Below are positions 1 to 21,883 of a DNA stretch of 58,183 nt, piece by piece. Under the pieces are notes generated by a model, which made no database searches, had not been told where the DNA came from, and saw only the letters and a program-made list of their open reading frames with translations. The DNA is from Longimicrobium sp. (GTDB taxonomy: Bacteria > Gemmatimonadota > Gemmatimonadetes > Longimicrobiales > Longimicrobiaceae), in the NCBI GenBank assembly GCA_036259235.1, contig DATACF010000078.1, positions 1-58,183 of the forward strand, read 5' to 3'. The number at the start of each line of letters is the position of its first letter. Positions within the stretch are counted from its first letter, which is position 1. A program made the translations under genes and the position numbers.

Positions 1-305
1 CGGGAAGGAAGAAGGCGGCGGTGAGCCCCGGGCGCCCCAGGTAGCCGCGCGCCAGGCGGGCGCCGCCCACGAAGAGCTCGCCCTCCTCCCCCGCCGCCAC
101 CGGCTGGAGGTCGGCGTCGAGGAGGTGGATCCGCGCGCCGACATCCCCATCGGCCTCCCGCTGGCCGACGCGCGGATCCACCTCCTCGACGCCGACCTCC
201 AGCCGGTGGCGGCGGGGGAGGAGGGCGAGCTCTTCGTGGGCGGCGCCCGCCTGGCGCGCGGCTACCTGGGGCGCCCGGGGCTCACCGCCGCCTTCTTCCT
301 TCCCG
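1..305. repeat. Terminal fold-back inverted repeat (arms 1-137 and 169-305, 31-nt loop), probable chimeric/assembly artefact
   Basis: Bases 1-137 are the exact reverse complement of 169-305. The copy lies inside NRPS A-domain coding sequence. Confidence 0.95.
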
Positions 306-3300
306 ACCCGTTCTCGACCGAGCCCGGCGCGCGGATGTACCGCACCGGCGACCGGGCGCGGTGGCCGGAGGGGGGAGAGATCGACTTCCTGGGGCGGATC
401 GACGAGCAGGTGAAGGTGGGCGGCTTCCGCGTGGAGCCGGCCGAGGTGGAGGCCGTCCTGGCCTCGCACCCCGAGGTGGCCGACGGGGCGGTGGTGGCGC
501 GCGCCGACGAGGCGGGGCGCACCCGCCTCTTCGGCTACTACGTGGCCGTCCCCGGGGCCGAGCTCACCGAGCGCGAGCTGCGGGCGCACCTCCGCCGCCG
601 CCTCCCCCCGTACATGGTCCCCTCGGCGCTGGTGGCGCTCCCCGAGCTCCCGCTCTCGCCGAACGGGAAGGTGGACCGCCGGGCCCTCCCCGCGCCGGCC
701 GCCGTGCAGGCGGGCGACGACGACTTCGTGGCGCCGCGGACCCCCACCCAGGCGGTGCTGGCCGAGATCTGGTCGGACGTCCTGGGGGTGGAGCGGGTGG
801 GCGAGTACGACCACTTCTTCGAGCTGGGCGGGCACTCGCTCCTGGGGATGCAGGTGATGACCCGCATCCGCCAGCTCTTCGGGGCCGAGCTCCCGGTGCG
901 GACCCTCTTCGAGGCGCCGCGGCTGGCGATGATGGCCGAGCGGATCGACGAGGCGCTGGGGGTCGAGGGGGTCCCCGAGCAGCCCGCGCTGGTCCCCGCG
1001 CGGCGCGACACGGCGCTCCCGCTCTCGTTCGCGCAGGCGCGCCTCTGGTTCCTCCACCAGCTGGAGCCCGACTCGCCCTTCTACAACATCCCCGCGGCCG
1101 TGCGGCTGGAGGGGAAGCTGGACGTCGAGGCGCTCCGCCGCACGCTGGAGGAGGTGGTCCGCCGCCACGAGCCGCTGCGGACCGTCTTCCACGTCCGGAA
1201 CGGCGAGCCGGTGCAGGTGGTCCGCCCCGCGGGGCGCTTCCACCTCCCGGTGCACGACCTCCGCGTCCTCCCGGCCGAGTGGCTGGAGGCCGAGGTCTCG
1301 GCGATCGCCGACGAGGAGGCCGCGCGCCGCTTCGACCTGGAGCGCGACGTCACCCTCCGCGGGACGCTGATCCGCCTCCGCGACGCCGAGCACGTCCTGC
1401 TGCTCAACCTCCACCACATCGCGGGCGACGGGTGGAGCCTGGGGGTGCTCTTCCACGAGATCGGGAAGCTGTACGAGGCGTTCGCGTCGGGGGCCGAGTC
1501 GCCGCTGGCGCCCCTCCCCGTGCAGTACGCCGACTACGCGGTGTGGCAGCGGAAGTGGCTCTCCGACGAGACGCTGGAGAAGCAGCTGGCGTACTGGAGC
1601 CGCCGCCTGGGAGACGCGCCCCCGGCGCTGGAGCTCCCCACCGACCGGCCGCGCCCGCCCGTGCAGACGCACCAGGGGGCGGTGCACCACTTCACCATCC
1701 CCGCCGACCTGGCGGCGCGGGTGCGGGCCTTCGCGCGGCGCGAGGGGGCCACGCTCTACATGGTCCTCCTGGCGGCGCTCGACACCCTCCTCCACCGCTG
1801 GTCGGGGCAGGACGACATCGTCGTCGGCTCGCCGATCGCGGGGCGGGTGCGGCGCGAGCTGGAGGGGCTGATCGGCTTCTTCGTCAACACCATGGCGCTC
1901 CGCGTCGACCTCTCGGGCGACCCCTCGTTCCACGACCTCCTGGCGCGGGTCCGCGAGACGACGCTGGACGCGTACGCGCACCAGGACCTCCCGTTCGAGC
2001 GGATCGTGGAGGCGCTCCAGCCGGAGCGGTCGCTGGCGCGCTCGCCGATCTTCCAGGTCTCCTTCGTCCTCCAGAACGCGCCGACGCCGCCGGTGGAGCT
2101 CCCGGGGCTGCGCCTCCGCCTCCAGGACCTCTCCAGCGGGACGTCGAAGTTCGACCTGAGCGTGGAGCTCCGCGAGGTGCCGGAGGGGCTGGCGGGGGAG
2201 GCCGAGTTCGCCACCGCGCTCTTCGACCGCGAGACGGTCGCGCGGATGATGAAGCAGCTCCAGGCGATCCTCGCCGCCGTGGTGGCCGACCCGTCGACCC
2301 CCGTCTCGCGCATCCCGCTGCTGCCCAGCGGCGAGCGGGTGGCGGTGCTGCGGATGTGGCCCGAGGGCGACCCCGCGCGGCCGATCGAGGCGGTGCACCG
2401 GCGCTTCGCGCGGGCCGCGGCGGCCGACCCGCTGGCCCCCGCGCTGGAGTGCGACGGGCGCACCGTCTCCTTCGGCGAGCTGGACGCGCGCGCCAACCGG
2501 ATCGCCCGCCTCCTCCGGGGGCGCGGGGTGGGGCCGGAGACGCGGGTGGGGGTCTTCTCGGAGCGGACCCCGGAGATGGTGGCCGGGATCCTGGGCGTCC
2601 TCAAGGCGGGGGCGGCGTACGTCCCCCTCGACCCCAAGTACCCCCGCGGACGGCTGGAGTACATGCTCCAGGACTCGGGGGTCCCCTTCGTCCTGGCGCT
2701 CGACCGGATCCTCGACCGCCTCCCCCCGTCGGAGGCCGAGGTGATCTCGCTCGACGGGGCGTGGAGCGCGGGGGGCGACGCGTCGGACCCGGAGGTCGAG
2801 ATCGACCCCCGGACGGTCGCCTACGTCATCTACACCTCGGGGTCGACCGGGCGGCCGAAGGGCGTGCTGGTGCCGCACTCGGGGGTCTCGGCGTACCTCG
2901 GCTGGGCGGTGGAGAGCTACCGCCTGGGCGGCGAGGGCGCGCCGGTGCACTCGCCGCTGGCCTTCGACCTCACGGTCACCTCGCTCTTCGTCCCCCTCCT
3001 GCGGGGCGAGCGGGTGGTCCTCGTCCCCGACGCGGGCGGGGTGGAGGGGCTGGCGGCGGCGCTCCGGGCGAACCCGGGGATGTCGCTGGTGAAGCTGACC
3101 CCCACGCACCTCTCGCTCCTCCGCAACCAGCTGGGCGACGACGCGGCGCGGGTGTCCCCGAAGGCGTTCGTGATCGGCGGCGAGAACCTGGAGGCGGAGG
3201 TCGCGGCCTACTGGCTGACCGCCGCGCCGGGGACGGCGCTGATCAACGAGTACGGGCCCACCGAGGCCACCGTGGGGTGCTGCATCCACCGCGTCTCGGA

Positions 3301-5497
3301 GTACGCGCCCCACCACGGATCGGTCCCCATCGGGCAGCCGACGCCGGGGACGCGCCTCTTCGTCCTCGACCGCCACCTGGAGGCGGTTCCCGTCGGGGTC
3401 GCCGGCGAGCTGTACATCGGCGGGGCGCAGCTGGCGCGGGGGTACCTGGGGCGCCCCGACCTCACCGCCGAGCGCTTCGTCCCCGACCTCTACGCCGACG
3501 GGCCCGGGGCGCGGATGTACCGCACCGGCGACCGGGCGCGGTGGCTGGCCGACGGGACGCTGGAGTTCCTGGGGCGCCTCGACGACCAGGTGAAGATCCG
3601 CGGCCACCGCATCGAGCCGGCCGAGATCGAGACCGTCCTGGCCCAGCACCCCGAGGTCTCCGACGCCGCCGTCGAGGTGCGCGAGGACGGCTCGGGGGGC
3701 AAGCGCCTGGTCGGCTACGTCGTCCCCGCTCCGTACGCCGAGGAGGAGGCGCCGGCCGTCGTCGAGGCGTCGCCCGAGGCTTCGCCGGAATACGGCGAGG
3801 ACAGGGACGCGCAGGTCTCGCAGTGGGAGACGGTGTTCGAGGGGATGTACGGCGGGGGCGAGGCCGAGGACGTCACCTTCAACATCGTGGGCTGGAACAG
3901 CTCGTACACGGGCGAGGCCATTCCGCCCGAGGAGATGCGCGAGTGGGTCGACCGGACCGCCGAGCGCATCCTCTCCCTCCAGCCGAGCCGCGTGCTGGAG
4001 ATCGGCGTGGGGTCGGGGCTCTTCCTCTTCCGCGTGGCCCCGCACGCCTCGCTGTACGTGGGCGCCGACCTCTCGTCGAACGCCATCCAGAAGCTGTCGG
4101 AGGCGCTCCCGAAGTCGGGCCTGCGCCTCCCGCCGGTGAAGCTGCTGAACCGCCCCGCGGACGACCTCTCCGGCCTCCAGCCGCGGGAGTTCGACACGGT
4201 GGTCATCAACTCCGTCATCCAGTACTTCCCCTCGCCGTCGTACCTGGCGGGGGTGCTGGAGGGCGCGGTGGAGCGGGTGCGCGACGGCGGGGCGATCTTC
4301 GTCGGCGACGTCCGCGCGCTGGAGACGGTGTCGGCCTTCCACGCGGGGACGGAGCTCATGCGGGCGGCCGACACGGCCACCGCGGCCGAGCTGCGGGCGC
4401 GGATCCGCCGCCGGGGCGAGGAGGAGGAGGAGCTGGTCCTCGACCCGCGCTTCTTCGCCGCCCTCAAGGAGCGCGTCCCCCGCATCTCGCGGGTGGACGT
4501 TCGGGTCAAGCGCGGCGTCCACCACAACGAGCTCTCGCGCCACCGCTACGACGTGATCCTCCACGTGGGCCCCGCGCCCGAGGCCCCCGTGGCCGCCCGC
4601 GAGGCGCAGTGGGGGACCGAGGTGAAGTCGGTCGAGGGCCTGCGGGCGATCCTGGAGGCCGGCGGCGCGCCCCTCCGCCTCCACGGGGTGCCGAACGCCC
4701 GCGTGGCGGCCGAGCTCCGGATGCTGGAGCTCCTGGAGAGCGAGGACGCGCCGGAGAACGCGGCGGCGCTGCGGGCCGAGCTGGCCCGGGTGCGCGCGGT
4801 CGATCCGGAAGAGATCTGGCGGCTGGGCGAGTCCCTCGGGCTGAAGGTGGAAGTGCAGCCCACGCCGGGCGCCGCGGGGCGCTTCGACGCGGCCTTCGTC
4901 CCCGCGGACTTCCGCGGCTCGCCCTTCGCGCCGCTCCCCTCGGGGGGCCGGCCGCCGCGGGCGTGGGCCAACGACCCGCGCCGGGGGGCGCGGATCCGGG
5001 CGCTGGTGCCGAAGCTCCGCGCCTTCCTCCGCGACCACCTCCCGGAGTACATGGTCCCGGCGGCGGTGGTGGTGATGGAGTCCTTCCCGCTGACCGAGAA
5101 CGGGAAGACCGACCGCCGCGCCCTCCCCGACCCCGAGACCCCGCGCGCCGCCTCGGACGCGGACTACGTGGCCCCGCGCACCGAGACGGAGGCCGCCCTC
5201 TGCGGGATGTGGGCCGAGCTGCTGCGCGTGGAGCGGGTGGGCGTCGAGGACAACTTCTTCGACCTGGGCGGGCACTCGCTCCTGGCGACCGTGCTGGTCT
5301 CCCGGATCCGCGAGCAGATGCAGCTGGAGGTGCCGCTGCACCGCGTCTTCCAGACCCCCACCGTGGCGGGGCTGGCGGGGGTGGTCGAGGAGCTGAACCA
5401 GAAGATGCTCGAGAAGCTCCTGGCCGAGCTCGACGGGCTGAGCGACGAGGACGCCGCGGCGCTGCTGGCGCTGGAGGCCGAGACCTTTTCCCAATAG
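125..5497 (+). CDS. NRPS, 5'-truncated: [A C-terminal part]-T-C-A(Asn-type)-N-methyltransferase-T, with C-terminal docking peptide
   Basis: Motifs YRTGD, GGHSL (x2), [18 protein letters not shown] and [11 protein letters not shown]. An MT is inserted between A8 and A9 ([23 protein letters not shown]). A-domain code read as DLTKVGEVGK. The start at 125 is created by the fold-back; the true 5' end is missing. Confidence 0.93.
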   Translation: MDPRADIPIGLPLADARIHLLDADLQPVAAGEEGELFVGGARLARGYLGRPGLTAAFFLPDPFSTEPGARMYRTGDRARWPEGGEIDFLGRIDEQVKVGGFRVEPAEVEAVLASHPEVADGAVVARADEAGRTRLFGYYVAVPGAELTERELRAHLRRRLPPYMVPSALVALPELPLSPNGKVDRRALPAPAAVQAGDDDFVAPRTPTQAVLAEIWSDVLGVERVGEYDHFFELGGHSLLGMQVMTRIRQLFGAELPVRTLFEAPRLAMMAERIDEALGVEGVPEQPALVPARRDTALPLSFAQARLWFLHQLEPDSPFYNIPAAVRLEGKLDVEALRRTLEEVVRRHEPLRTVFHVRNGEPVQVVRPAGRFHLPVHDLRVLPAEWLEAEVSAIADEEAARRFDLERDVTLRGTLIRLRDAEHVLLLNLHHIAGDGWSLGVLFHEIGKLYEAFASGAESPLAPLPVQYADYAVWQRKWLSDETLEKQLAYWSRRLGDAPPALELPTDRPRPPVQTHQGAVHHFTIPADLAARVRAFARREGATLYMVLLAALDTLLHRWSGQDDIVVGSPIAGRVRRELEGLIGFFVNTMALRVDLSGDPSFHDLLARVRETTLDAYAHQDLPFERIVEALQPERSLARSPIFQVSFVLQNAPTPPVELPGLRLRLQDLSSGTSKFDLSVELREVPEGLAGEAEFATALFDRETVARMMKQLQAILAAVVADPSTPVSRIPLLPSGERVAVLRMWPEGDPARPIEAVHRRFARAAAADPLAPALECDGRTVSFGELDARANRIARLLRGRGVGPETRVGVFSERTPEMVAGILGVLKAGAAYVPLDPKYPRGRLEYMLQDSGVPFVLALDRILDRLPPSEAEVISLDGAWSAGGDASDPEVEIDPRTVAYVIYTSGSTGRPKGVLVPHSGVSAYLGWAVESYRLGGEGAPVHSPLAFDLTVTSLFVPLLRGERVVLVPDAGGVEGLAAALRANPGMSLVKLTPTHLSLLRNQLGDDAARVSPKAFVIGGENLEAEVAAYWLTAAPGTALINEYGPTEATVGCCIHRVSEYAPHHGSVPIGQPTPGTRLFVLDRHLEAVPVGVAGELYIGGAQLARGYLGRPDLTAERFVPDLYADGPGARMYRTGDRARWLADGTLEFLGRLDDQVKIRGHRIEPAEIETVLAQHPEVSDAAVEVREDGSGGKRLVGYVVPAPYAEEEAPAVVEASPEASPEYGEDRDAQVSQWETVFEGMYGGGEAEDVTFNIVGWNSSYTGEAIPPEEMREWVDRTAERILSLQPSRVLEIGVGSGLFLFRVAPHASLYVGADLSSNAIQKLSEALPKSGLRLPPVKLLNRPADDLSGLQPREFDTVVINSVIQYFPSPSYLAGVLEGAVERVRDGGAIFVGDVRALETVSAFHAGTELMRAADTATAAELRARIRRRGEEEEELVLDPRFFAALKERVPRISRVDVRVKRGVHHNELSRHRYDVILHVGPAPEAPVAAREAQWGTEVKSVEGLRAILEAGGAPLRLHGVPNARVAAELRMLELLESEDAPENAAALRAELARVRAVDPEEIWRLGESLGLKVEVQPTPGAAGRFDAAFVPADFRGSPFAPLPSGGRPPRAWANDPRRGARIRALVPKLRAFLRDHLPEYMVPAAVVVMESFPLTENGKTDRRALPDPETPRAASDADYVAPRTETEAALCGMWAELLRVERVGVEDNFFDLGGHSLLATVLVSRIREQMQLEVPLHRVFQTPTVAGLAGVVEELNQKMLEKLLAELDGLSDEDAAALLALEAETFSQ

Positions 5498-8400
5498 ATG
5501 ACGGACTTCAAGCACCGCGTGGCGGGCCTCTCCCCGGAGAAGCGCGCCCTCCTGGAATTGCGCCTCCGGAAAGCGCAGGCCGAGCAGACCGGCTCGGCCA
5601 TCCGGGCCCGCCCCCGCAACGGCGAGCCCTTCCCCTGCTCGTTCGCCCAGCAGCGCCTCTGGCTCCTGGACCGGATGGACCCGGGGAAGGCCTTCTACAA
5701 CATGGCCTTCCACCTCCGCCTCCACGGCGCCCTCGACGCGGGGGCCCTGGAGCGCGCGCTCGACGCCTTGCGCGAGCGCCACGAGGTCCTGCGCACCGTC
5801 TTCCCCTCGCGGGGGGGCGAGCCCGTGCAGGTCATCCAGCCGTTCGCGCCCGTCCCGCCGGCGGTCGTCGAGGCCCCCGGGCTCGACGCGGCGGGGCGCG
5901 ACGCGGAGGTGGCCCGGCTCTCCTTCGCCGACGCCAACGCGCCCTTCGACCTGGAGCGCGGGCCGCTGATGCGGGCCACGCTGGTGCGCCTGGCCGACGA
6001 CGACCACGCCCTCCTGCTGACGCTGCACCACATCGTCAGCGACGGGTGGAGCATGGGGATCCTGGCGCGCGAGCTGGGGGCGCTGTACGGCGCCTTCGCG
6101 GCGGGGCGCGAGAGCCCGCTGGAGCCGCTGGAGGTGCAGTACGCCGACTACGCGGTGTGGCACCGCGACTTCTTGAGCGGCGCCGAGCTGGAGCGGCAGG
6201 AGCGCTTCTGGGCCGACGCCCTCTACAACGCCCCGGCGGCGCTGGAGCTCCCCACCGACCGCCCCCGCCCGCCTGTGCAGAGCCACCGCGGCGCGACCCT
6301 CTCGCACGACGTCCCGGCCGAGGTGGCCGAGCGCGTCCGCGAGGTGGCGCGCGCCGAGGGGGCGACGCTCTTCCCGGCGCTGGTGGCGGCGTTCCGCTAC
6401 GTCCTGGGGCGCCACTCGGGGCAGCGCGACGTCGTCCTGGGGACCCCGGTGGCGGGGCGGACGCGGACGGAGACGGAGGGGCTGATCGGCTTCTTCGTCA
6501 ACACGCTGGCGCTCCGTACCCCCATCGAGGGCGACCCCACCTTCCGCGAGCTGGTGCGGCGCGAGCACGCCGACGCGGTGCAGGCGCTGGGGCACCAGGA
6601 CCTCCCCTTCGACCGGGTGGTCGACCTCCTCAGGGTGCACCGCGACCCCGCGCGGAACCCGCTCTTCCAGGCCATGGTGAGCCTGCAGAACGTGGGCGAC
6701 GACGCGCTCCAGCTCCCCGGGCTGGCGGCCCGCCGCGTCTCCGTGCGCTGGGCGTCGGCCAAGTTCGACATCATGGCCGACGTCTACGACCAGGCCGGCG
6801 GGGGGCTCCGCGTCGACCTGGAGTACGCCACGGACCTCTTCGAGGCGTCGACCGCGCGGCGGATCGCCGAGCACCTCCACCGCTTCCTCGAGAACGCCTC
6901 CGCGGCGCCGGACCGGAAGATCTCGGAGGTCCCGCTGATGGGGCCCGAGGAGCGGGAGACGGTCCTCTCCAGGTGGAACCGGACGGACGTCGAGTATCCC
7001 CGCGAGGCGACGCTGGACGCGCTCTTCGCCGAGGTGGCGCGCGAGCACCCGGACCGTGTGGCCGTGCGCTTCGGCGGGCGGGGGACGACGTACGCGGAGC
7101 TGGACGCGCGCGCCAACCGCGCGGCGCGCCGCCTCCGCGCGCTGGGGGTGGAGCCGGGCGGGCGGGTGGGGATCGCGGTGGAGCGCTCGGCCGAGGTGAT
7201 GGTCGCCGTCCTGGCGGCGCTCAAGGCGGGGGCGGCGTACGTCCCCCTCGACCCGACGTACCCGGCCGACCGGCTGGAGTACATGGCCTCGGACGCGCGG
7301 GTGCAGGCGCTCGCCGTCCTCTCCGACGTGCCCCCGGCGCTGAAGGCGTTCGCGGGCCCCGTCCTCTCCTTCGAGCGCGACCGCGCGGCCCTCGACGCCG
7401 AGGACGCTTCGCCGCTGGAGGCGGGGACGTACGCCGAGTCGACGGCCAAGGTGATCTACACCTCGGGGTCGACGGGACGCCCCAAGGGGGTCGAGGTCCC
7501 CCACCGCGGCGTCGTCCGGCTGGTGCGCGGGGCCGACTACGCCGACCTGGCCCCCGGCGACGTCTACCTCCACGTGGCCCCCCTCGCCTTCGACGCCTCC
7601 TCCTTCGAGCTGTGGGCGCCGATGCTGAACGCGGGGACGCTGGTCGTCTTCCCCCCCGAGCGCCCCAGCCCCGAGCTGATCGAGCGGACGGTGCGCGAGG
7701 AGGGGGTGACGACGCTCCTCCTCTCGTCCGGGCTCTTCCACCAGCTGGTGGCGTGGGGGCTGGAGGGGCTGCGGGGGCTCAAGGCGCTCCTCACCGGCGG
7801 CGACATCCTCTCGGTCGAGCACGCGCGGCGGACGCTGGAGGCGCTTCCCGCGACGCGGCTGGTGAACGTCTACGGCCCCACCGAGAACGCCACCTTCACC
7901 AGCTGCCACATGGTGCGCCCCGAGGACGTGCAGCGCCCCTCGATCCCCATCGGCCCGCCGATCTCGAACACGCGGGTCTACGTCCTCGACCGGAGCCTTC
8001 GGCCGTGCCCGGTCGGCGTCCCCGGCGAGCTGTGCGCGGCGGGCGACGGGCTGGCGGCGGGGTACGTCGGCCGCCCGGGGCTCACCGCCGAGAAGTTCCG
8101 CTCGGTGGACTTCGGCGACGGGCGGGTGGAGCGCGTCTACCGCACCGGCGACCGGGCGCGGTGGCTGGAGGACGGGACGCTGGAGTTCCTGGGCCGGATG
8201 GACGGCCAGGTGAAGATCCGCGGCTACCGGATCGAGCCGGGCGAGGTGGAGGCGGCGCTCTCGGCGCTCCCGGACGTGCAGGAGACGGTGGTGGTCGCCC
8301 GCGAGGACGTCCCCGGCGACCGCCGCCTGGTGGCGTACCTCACCCCCCGCGGCGGGCGCGCCCCGGCGGCGGCGGAGCTCCGCGAGGCGCTCCGGCGGAC

Positions 8401-8836
8401 CCTCCCCGAGTTCATGGTCCCCTCGGCGTTCGTCGTCCTCCCCTCCCTCCCGCTCACCACCAGCGGGAAGGTGGACAAGAAGGCGCTCCCCGCGCCGGCG
8501 GCCGAGCGGGCGGGGTTCGCCAAGCCCGAGACGGACACCGAGGTGGAGCTGGCGGGGATCTGGACCGAGCTCCTGGGCGTCGCGCGGGTGGGCAGGCACG
8601 ACAACTTCTTCGACCTGGGCGGCCACTCGCTCTCGGCCATGCGGCTGGTGACGCGGCTGCGCGAGACGACGGGGATCGACATCCCGCTGGCCCGCGTCTT
8701 CGAGGCGCCGACGCTGGCGATGCTGGCGGGGGTGGTGGACGCGGCCGAGGCGGCGGCGCTGGCGGCGCTCCTCGACGAGCTGGAGGGGATGTCGGACGAC
8801 GACCTCACCGCGGTGGCGGGGGTGGAAGCCGAATGA
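5498..8836 (+). CDS. Monomodular NRPS C-A-T (aliphatic Ile/Leu/Val-type A domain)
   Basis: ATG directly follows the upstream TAG. N-terminal LSPEKRALLELRL, then SFAQQRLW, HHIVSDGWS and GGHSL. Code DAFLLGVTFK. C-terminal LLDELEGMSDDD. Confidence 0.95.
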   Translation: MTDFKHRVAGLSPEKRALLELRLRKAQAEQTGSAIRARPRNGEPFPCSFAQQRLWLLDRMDPGKAFYNMAFHLRLHGALDAGALERALDALRERHEVLRTVFPSRGGEPVQVIQPFAPVPPAVVEAPGLDAAGRDAEVARLSFADANAPFDLERGPLMRATLVRLADDDHALLLTLHHIVSDGWSMGILARELGALYGAFAAGRESPLEPLEVQYADYAVWHRDFLSGAELERQERFWADALYNAPAALELPTDRPRPPVQSHRGATLSHDVPAEVAERVREVARAEGATLFPALVAAFRYVLGRHSGQRDVVLGTPVAGRTRTETEGLIGFFVNTLALRTPIEGDPTFRELVRREHADAVQALGHQDLPFDRVVDLLRVHRDPARNPLFQAMVSLQNVGDDALQLPGLAARRVSVRWASAKFDIMADVYDQAGGGLRVDLEYATDLFEASTARRIAEHLHRFLENASAAPDRKISEVPLMGPEERETVLSRWNRTDVEYPREATLDALFAEVAREHPDRVAVRFGGRGTTYAELDARANRAARRLRALGVEPGGRVGIAVERSAEVMVAVLAALKAGAAYVPLDPTYPADRLEYMASDARVQALAVLSDVPPALKAFAGPVLSFERDRAALDAEDASPLEAGTYAESTAKVIYTSGSTGRPKGVEVPHRGVVRLVRGADYADLAPGDVYLHVAPLAFDASSFELWAPMLNAGTLVVFPPERPSPELIERTVREEGVTTLLLSSGLFHQLVAWGLEGLRGLKALLTGGDILSVEHARRTLEALPATRLVNVYGPTENATFTSCHMVRPEDVQRPSIPIGPPISNTRVYVLDRSLRPCPVGVPGELCAAGDGLAAGYVGRPGLTAEKFRSVDFGDGRVERVYRTGDRARWLEDGTLEFLGRMDGQVKIRGYRIEPGEVEAALSALPDVQETVVVAREDVPGDRRLVAYLTPRGGRAPAAAELREALRRTLPEFMVPSAFVVLPSLPLTTSGKVDKKALPAPAAERAGFAKPETDTEVELAGIWTELLGVARVGRHDNFFDLGGHSLSAMRLVTRLRETTGIDIPLARVFEAPTLAMLAGVVDAAEAAALAALLDELEGMSDDDLTAVAGVEAE

Positions 8837-11800
8837 GCGAGCTCTCGCCGGAGCGGCGCAAGCTCCTGGAGATGCGGCTGAAGGGGATCAAGCCCGCGTC
8901 GGCCGCCGCCCCCGCCGGCCCGGCGCTCGTCGCCCGGCCGCGCGACGGGGGGCCGATGCCCGTCAGCTTCGCGCAGCAGCGGCTCTGGCTCCTCGACCGG
9001 CTGACGCCCGGGACGGGGGCGTACAACCTCCCCTGGCACGTCCGCCTCCGGGGCGAGCTCGACCGCGGGGCGCTGGAGCGGGCCGTGGAGGCCATCCGCG
9101 AGCGGCACGAGGCGCTCCGCACCGTCTTCGCCGAGCGCGAGGGCGAGCCCGTGCAGGTGGTCCGCCCGTACGTCTACGCCCCGCTGGCGACGGTGGACCT
9201 CCGCGGTCTCCCGGAGGGGGAGCGCGAGGCGGAGGCGGAGCGGCTGGCGCACGCGGACGCCAACGACGGGTTCGACCTGGCGGAGGCCGTCTTCCGCGCC
9301 GGGCTGATCGTCCTCGCCGACGACCACCACGTGCTGACGATGACGGCGCACCACATCGCCACCGACGGGTGGAGCGTGGCGGTGATGGCGAGCGAGCTCC
9401 AGGCGCTCTACCTCGCCTTCCGCGAGGGGCGGCCGAACCCGCTGGCCCCCCTCCCGCTCCAGTACGCCGACTTCTCGGCGTGGCAGCGCGAGCACCTCTC
9501 GGGGGCGACGCTGGAGCGGCACCTGAAGTTCTGGCGCGACACGCTGGCCGGGGCGCCCGCGGTGGTGGAGCTGCCGACGGACCGGCCCCGCCCGCCGGTG
9601 GAGAGCCACCGGGGCGACCGGCTGGAGCTGGCCTTCCCGCCCGCGCTGGGAGACCGGATCCGCGAGCTGGCGCGGGCCGAGCAGACGACGCTCTTCCCCC
9701 TCCTCCTGGGGGCCTTCCACGTCGTCCTCGCCCGCCACGCGGGGCAGGACTCGGTGGTGGTGGGGACGCCGATCGCCAACCGGACGCGGAAGGAGACGGA
9801 GGGGCTGATCGGCTTCTTCGCCAACACGCTGGCGCTGCGGGGCGACGTGGGCGACGACCCCACCTTCCGCGCGCTCCTCCGGCGGCAGAAGACGGCGGTC
9901 CTCGACGCCTTCACGCACCAGGACCTCCCCTTCGAGCGGGTGGTCGAGGAGCTGAAGGTGGCGCGCGACACCAGCCGCAACCCCCTCTTCCAGGTCATGT
10001 TCGCCCTCCAGAACGCGGGCGACGACCAGATGCGCATCGGGGGGCTCTCCATCGACCCGGCCGGGACGCGGACCGACTACACCAAGTTCGACCTCACGGT
10101 GGACGCGTTCGAGGAGGACGGGGTGATGAAGGTCGCCGTCCAGTACGCGACCGACCTCTTCGACGCGGCCAGCGCGTCCGCCTTCGCCCTCCGCTACCGC
10201 CGCTTCCTCCAGGACGCCGTCGCCGACCCCGACCGCCCGGTGTCGCGGATCGCGATGATGGACGATGAGGAGCGCGACCTCGTCGTCTCCGGGTGGAACG
10301 CGACCTCGGTCGACTACGACGGCCCCGCGACGCTCCCCGCCCTCTTCGCCGCCCGCGCGGCGGAGACGCCGGACGCGGACGCGGTCTCCTTCGCGGGCGA
10401 GTCGCTGACCTACGCGGAGCTGGACGCGCGGGCCAACCGCCTCGCGCACCACCTCCGCGCCCTCGGCGCCGGGCCGGACGCGCGCGTCGGGGTCTGCCTC
10501 GACCGCTCCGTCGACATGGCCGTCGCCGTCCTCGCCGCGCTCAAGGCCGGCGGGTGCTACGTGGCGCTCGACCCGGGCTACCCGGAAGACCGGCTGCGCT
10601 ACATGCTGGAGGACAGCCGCGCCGCCGTCCTCGTCACCCGCGCGGAGATCGCGGACCGGCTCCCGATCGCGTCCACGCCCGTCGTCCGCGTGGACGCGGA
10701 TCGCGCGGCGATCGACGCGCAGCCGTCCGACGACCCGGAGGCCGGCGTCTCGCCCGAGAACCTGGGCTACGTCCTCTACACCTCGGGGTCGACCGGCCGT
10801 CCCAAGGGCGTCGCGCTCCCGCAGCGCTCGCTGGTGAACCTGGTGCGCTGGCAGACGGCGAAGTGGGCGGGGGAGCCCCCGGCCGCGACGCTCCAGTTCG
10901 CCTCGCTCTCCTTCGACGTCTCGTTCCAGGAGCTCTTCGCCACCTGGGCGAGCGGGGGACGCGTGGTCCTGGTGGACGAGGAGACGCGGCGCGACGCCGA
11001 CGCGCTCCTCCGCTACCTGGCTGAGAACGGGGTCGAGCGCCTCTTCCTCCCCTTCGCCGCGCTCCAGCACGTCGCCGAGGCGGCGCAGGGGCGCGACCTG
11101 GGCGACGTGAAGCTGCGCGAGATCGTCACGGCGGGCGAGCAGCTCCAGACGACCCCCGCGGTGACGCGCTTCGTGGCGGCGACGGGCGCGCGGCTGGAGA
11201 ACCAGTACGGGCCCACCGAGGCGCACGTGGTGAGCGCGCACCCGCTCTCCGGCGATCCCGCGGCGTGGCCCGCGCTCCCGCCGATCGGGGCGCCGATCGC
11301 CAACGACCGGCTGTACGTGCTGGACAGGAACCTCGACGCGGTCCCCGTGGGCGTCCCGGGCGAGCTGTACATCGCGGGCGCCGGGCTGGCCCGCAGCTAC
11401 CTCGACCGCCCGGCGCTCACGGCCGAGCGCTTCGTCCCGTCCCCCTTCGGCCCGGCGGGCGCGCGGATGTACCGCACCGGCGACCGCGCGCGGTGGCTGG
11501 ACGGCGGCGCGCTCCAGTACCTGGGGCGCGCGGACGACCAGGTGAAGGTCCGCGGCTTCCGCGTGGAGCTGGGCGAGGTGGAGTCGGTGGTCCGGCAGCA
11601 CCCCGGCGTCCGCGACGCCGCCGTGGCGGTGCGGGACGACCGGCTGGTGGCCTACGTGGTGGGCGATTCGGTCGATTCGGCCGAGCTGAAGGCGTTCGCG
11701 CGGGGGCGGCTCCCGGACTTCATGGTCCCGGGGGTCGTGGTGCCGGTGGACGCGCTCCCGCTGACCCCCAGCGGGAAGCTCGACCGCCGCGCCCTCCCCG

Positions 11801-12146
11801 CGCCGAGCCTGGAGGGCGCCGCCGCCGGAGGCGCGCCGGCGACGGAATCGGAGACCCTGCTCGCCGCGATCTGGGGCGAGCTCCTCGGCGTCGCCCGCAT
11901 CGGGCGCGACGACGACTTCTTCGAGCTGGGGGGCCACTCGCTGGTCGCCGTCCGGCTCCTCATGCGGCTGCGCGAGGCGTTCGGCGTCGCGCTGTCGCTC
12001 CGGGCGGTCTTCGAGGCCCCCACCCTGGCGGCCCAGGCGGCCGCCGTCGACGCCGCGCGCGACGAGATGCTCGCGCGGCTCCTGGACGAGCTGGAAACCC
12101 TTCCCGACGACGAGGTCCCGGCGGCTGCGGGACGTGGAGCACATCA

Positions 12147-12150
<4 letters not shown>
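8833..12150 (+). CDS. Monomodular NRPS C-A-T (Pro/pipecolate-type A domain), 1105 aa
   Basis: True start MSELSPERRKLL at an ATGA overlap (8833-8836), inside listed ORF 361..12150. Motifs HHIATDGWS and GGHSL. Code DVQFVAQVVK. Confidence 0.93.
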
Positions 12151-21821
<9,671 letters not shown>

Positions 21822-21840
21822 CCGTCGACCCGCGGTTCGA

Positions 21841-21883
21841 AGGGGGGTGGGCGCCGCCGTCCCGGGCGCCCGCCTCTCCTTTT
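21841..21883 (+). terminator. Putative intrinsic terminator or stabilising hairpin after the trimodular NRPS
   Basis: aggggggtgggcgcc-loop-ggcgcccgcctctcct followed by a short T run, 20 nt after the stop codon. Confidence 0.5.

Noticed and set aside
361-8832. N-terminal 2800 aa of listed ORF 361..12150
   Set aside because: Arg/Gly/Pro-rich off-frame translation overlapping two real NRPS genes; the real gene starts at 8833.
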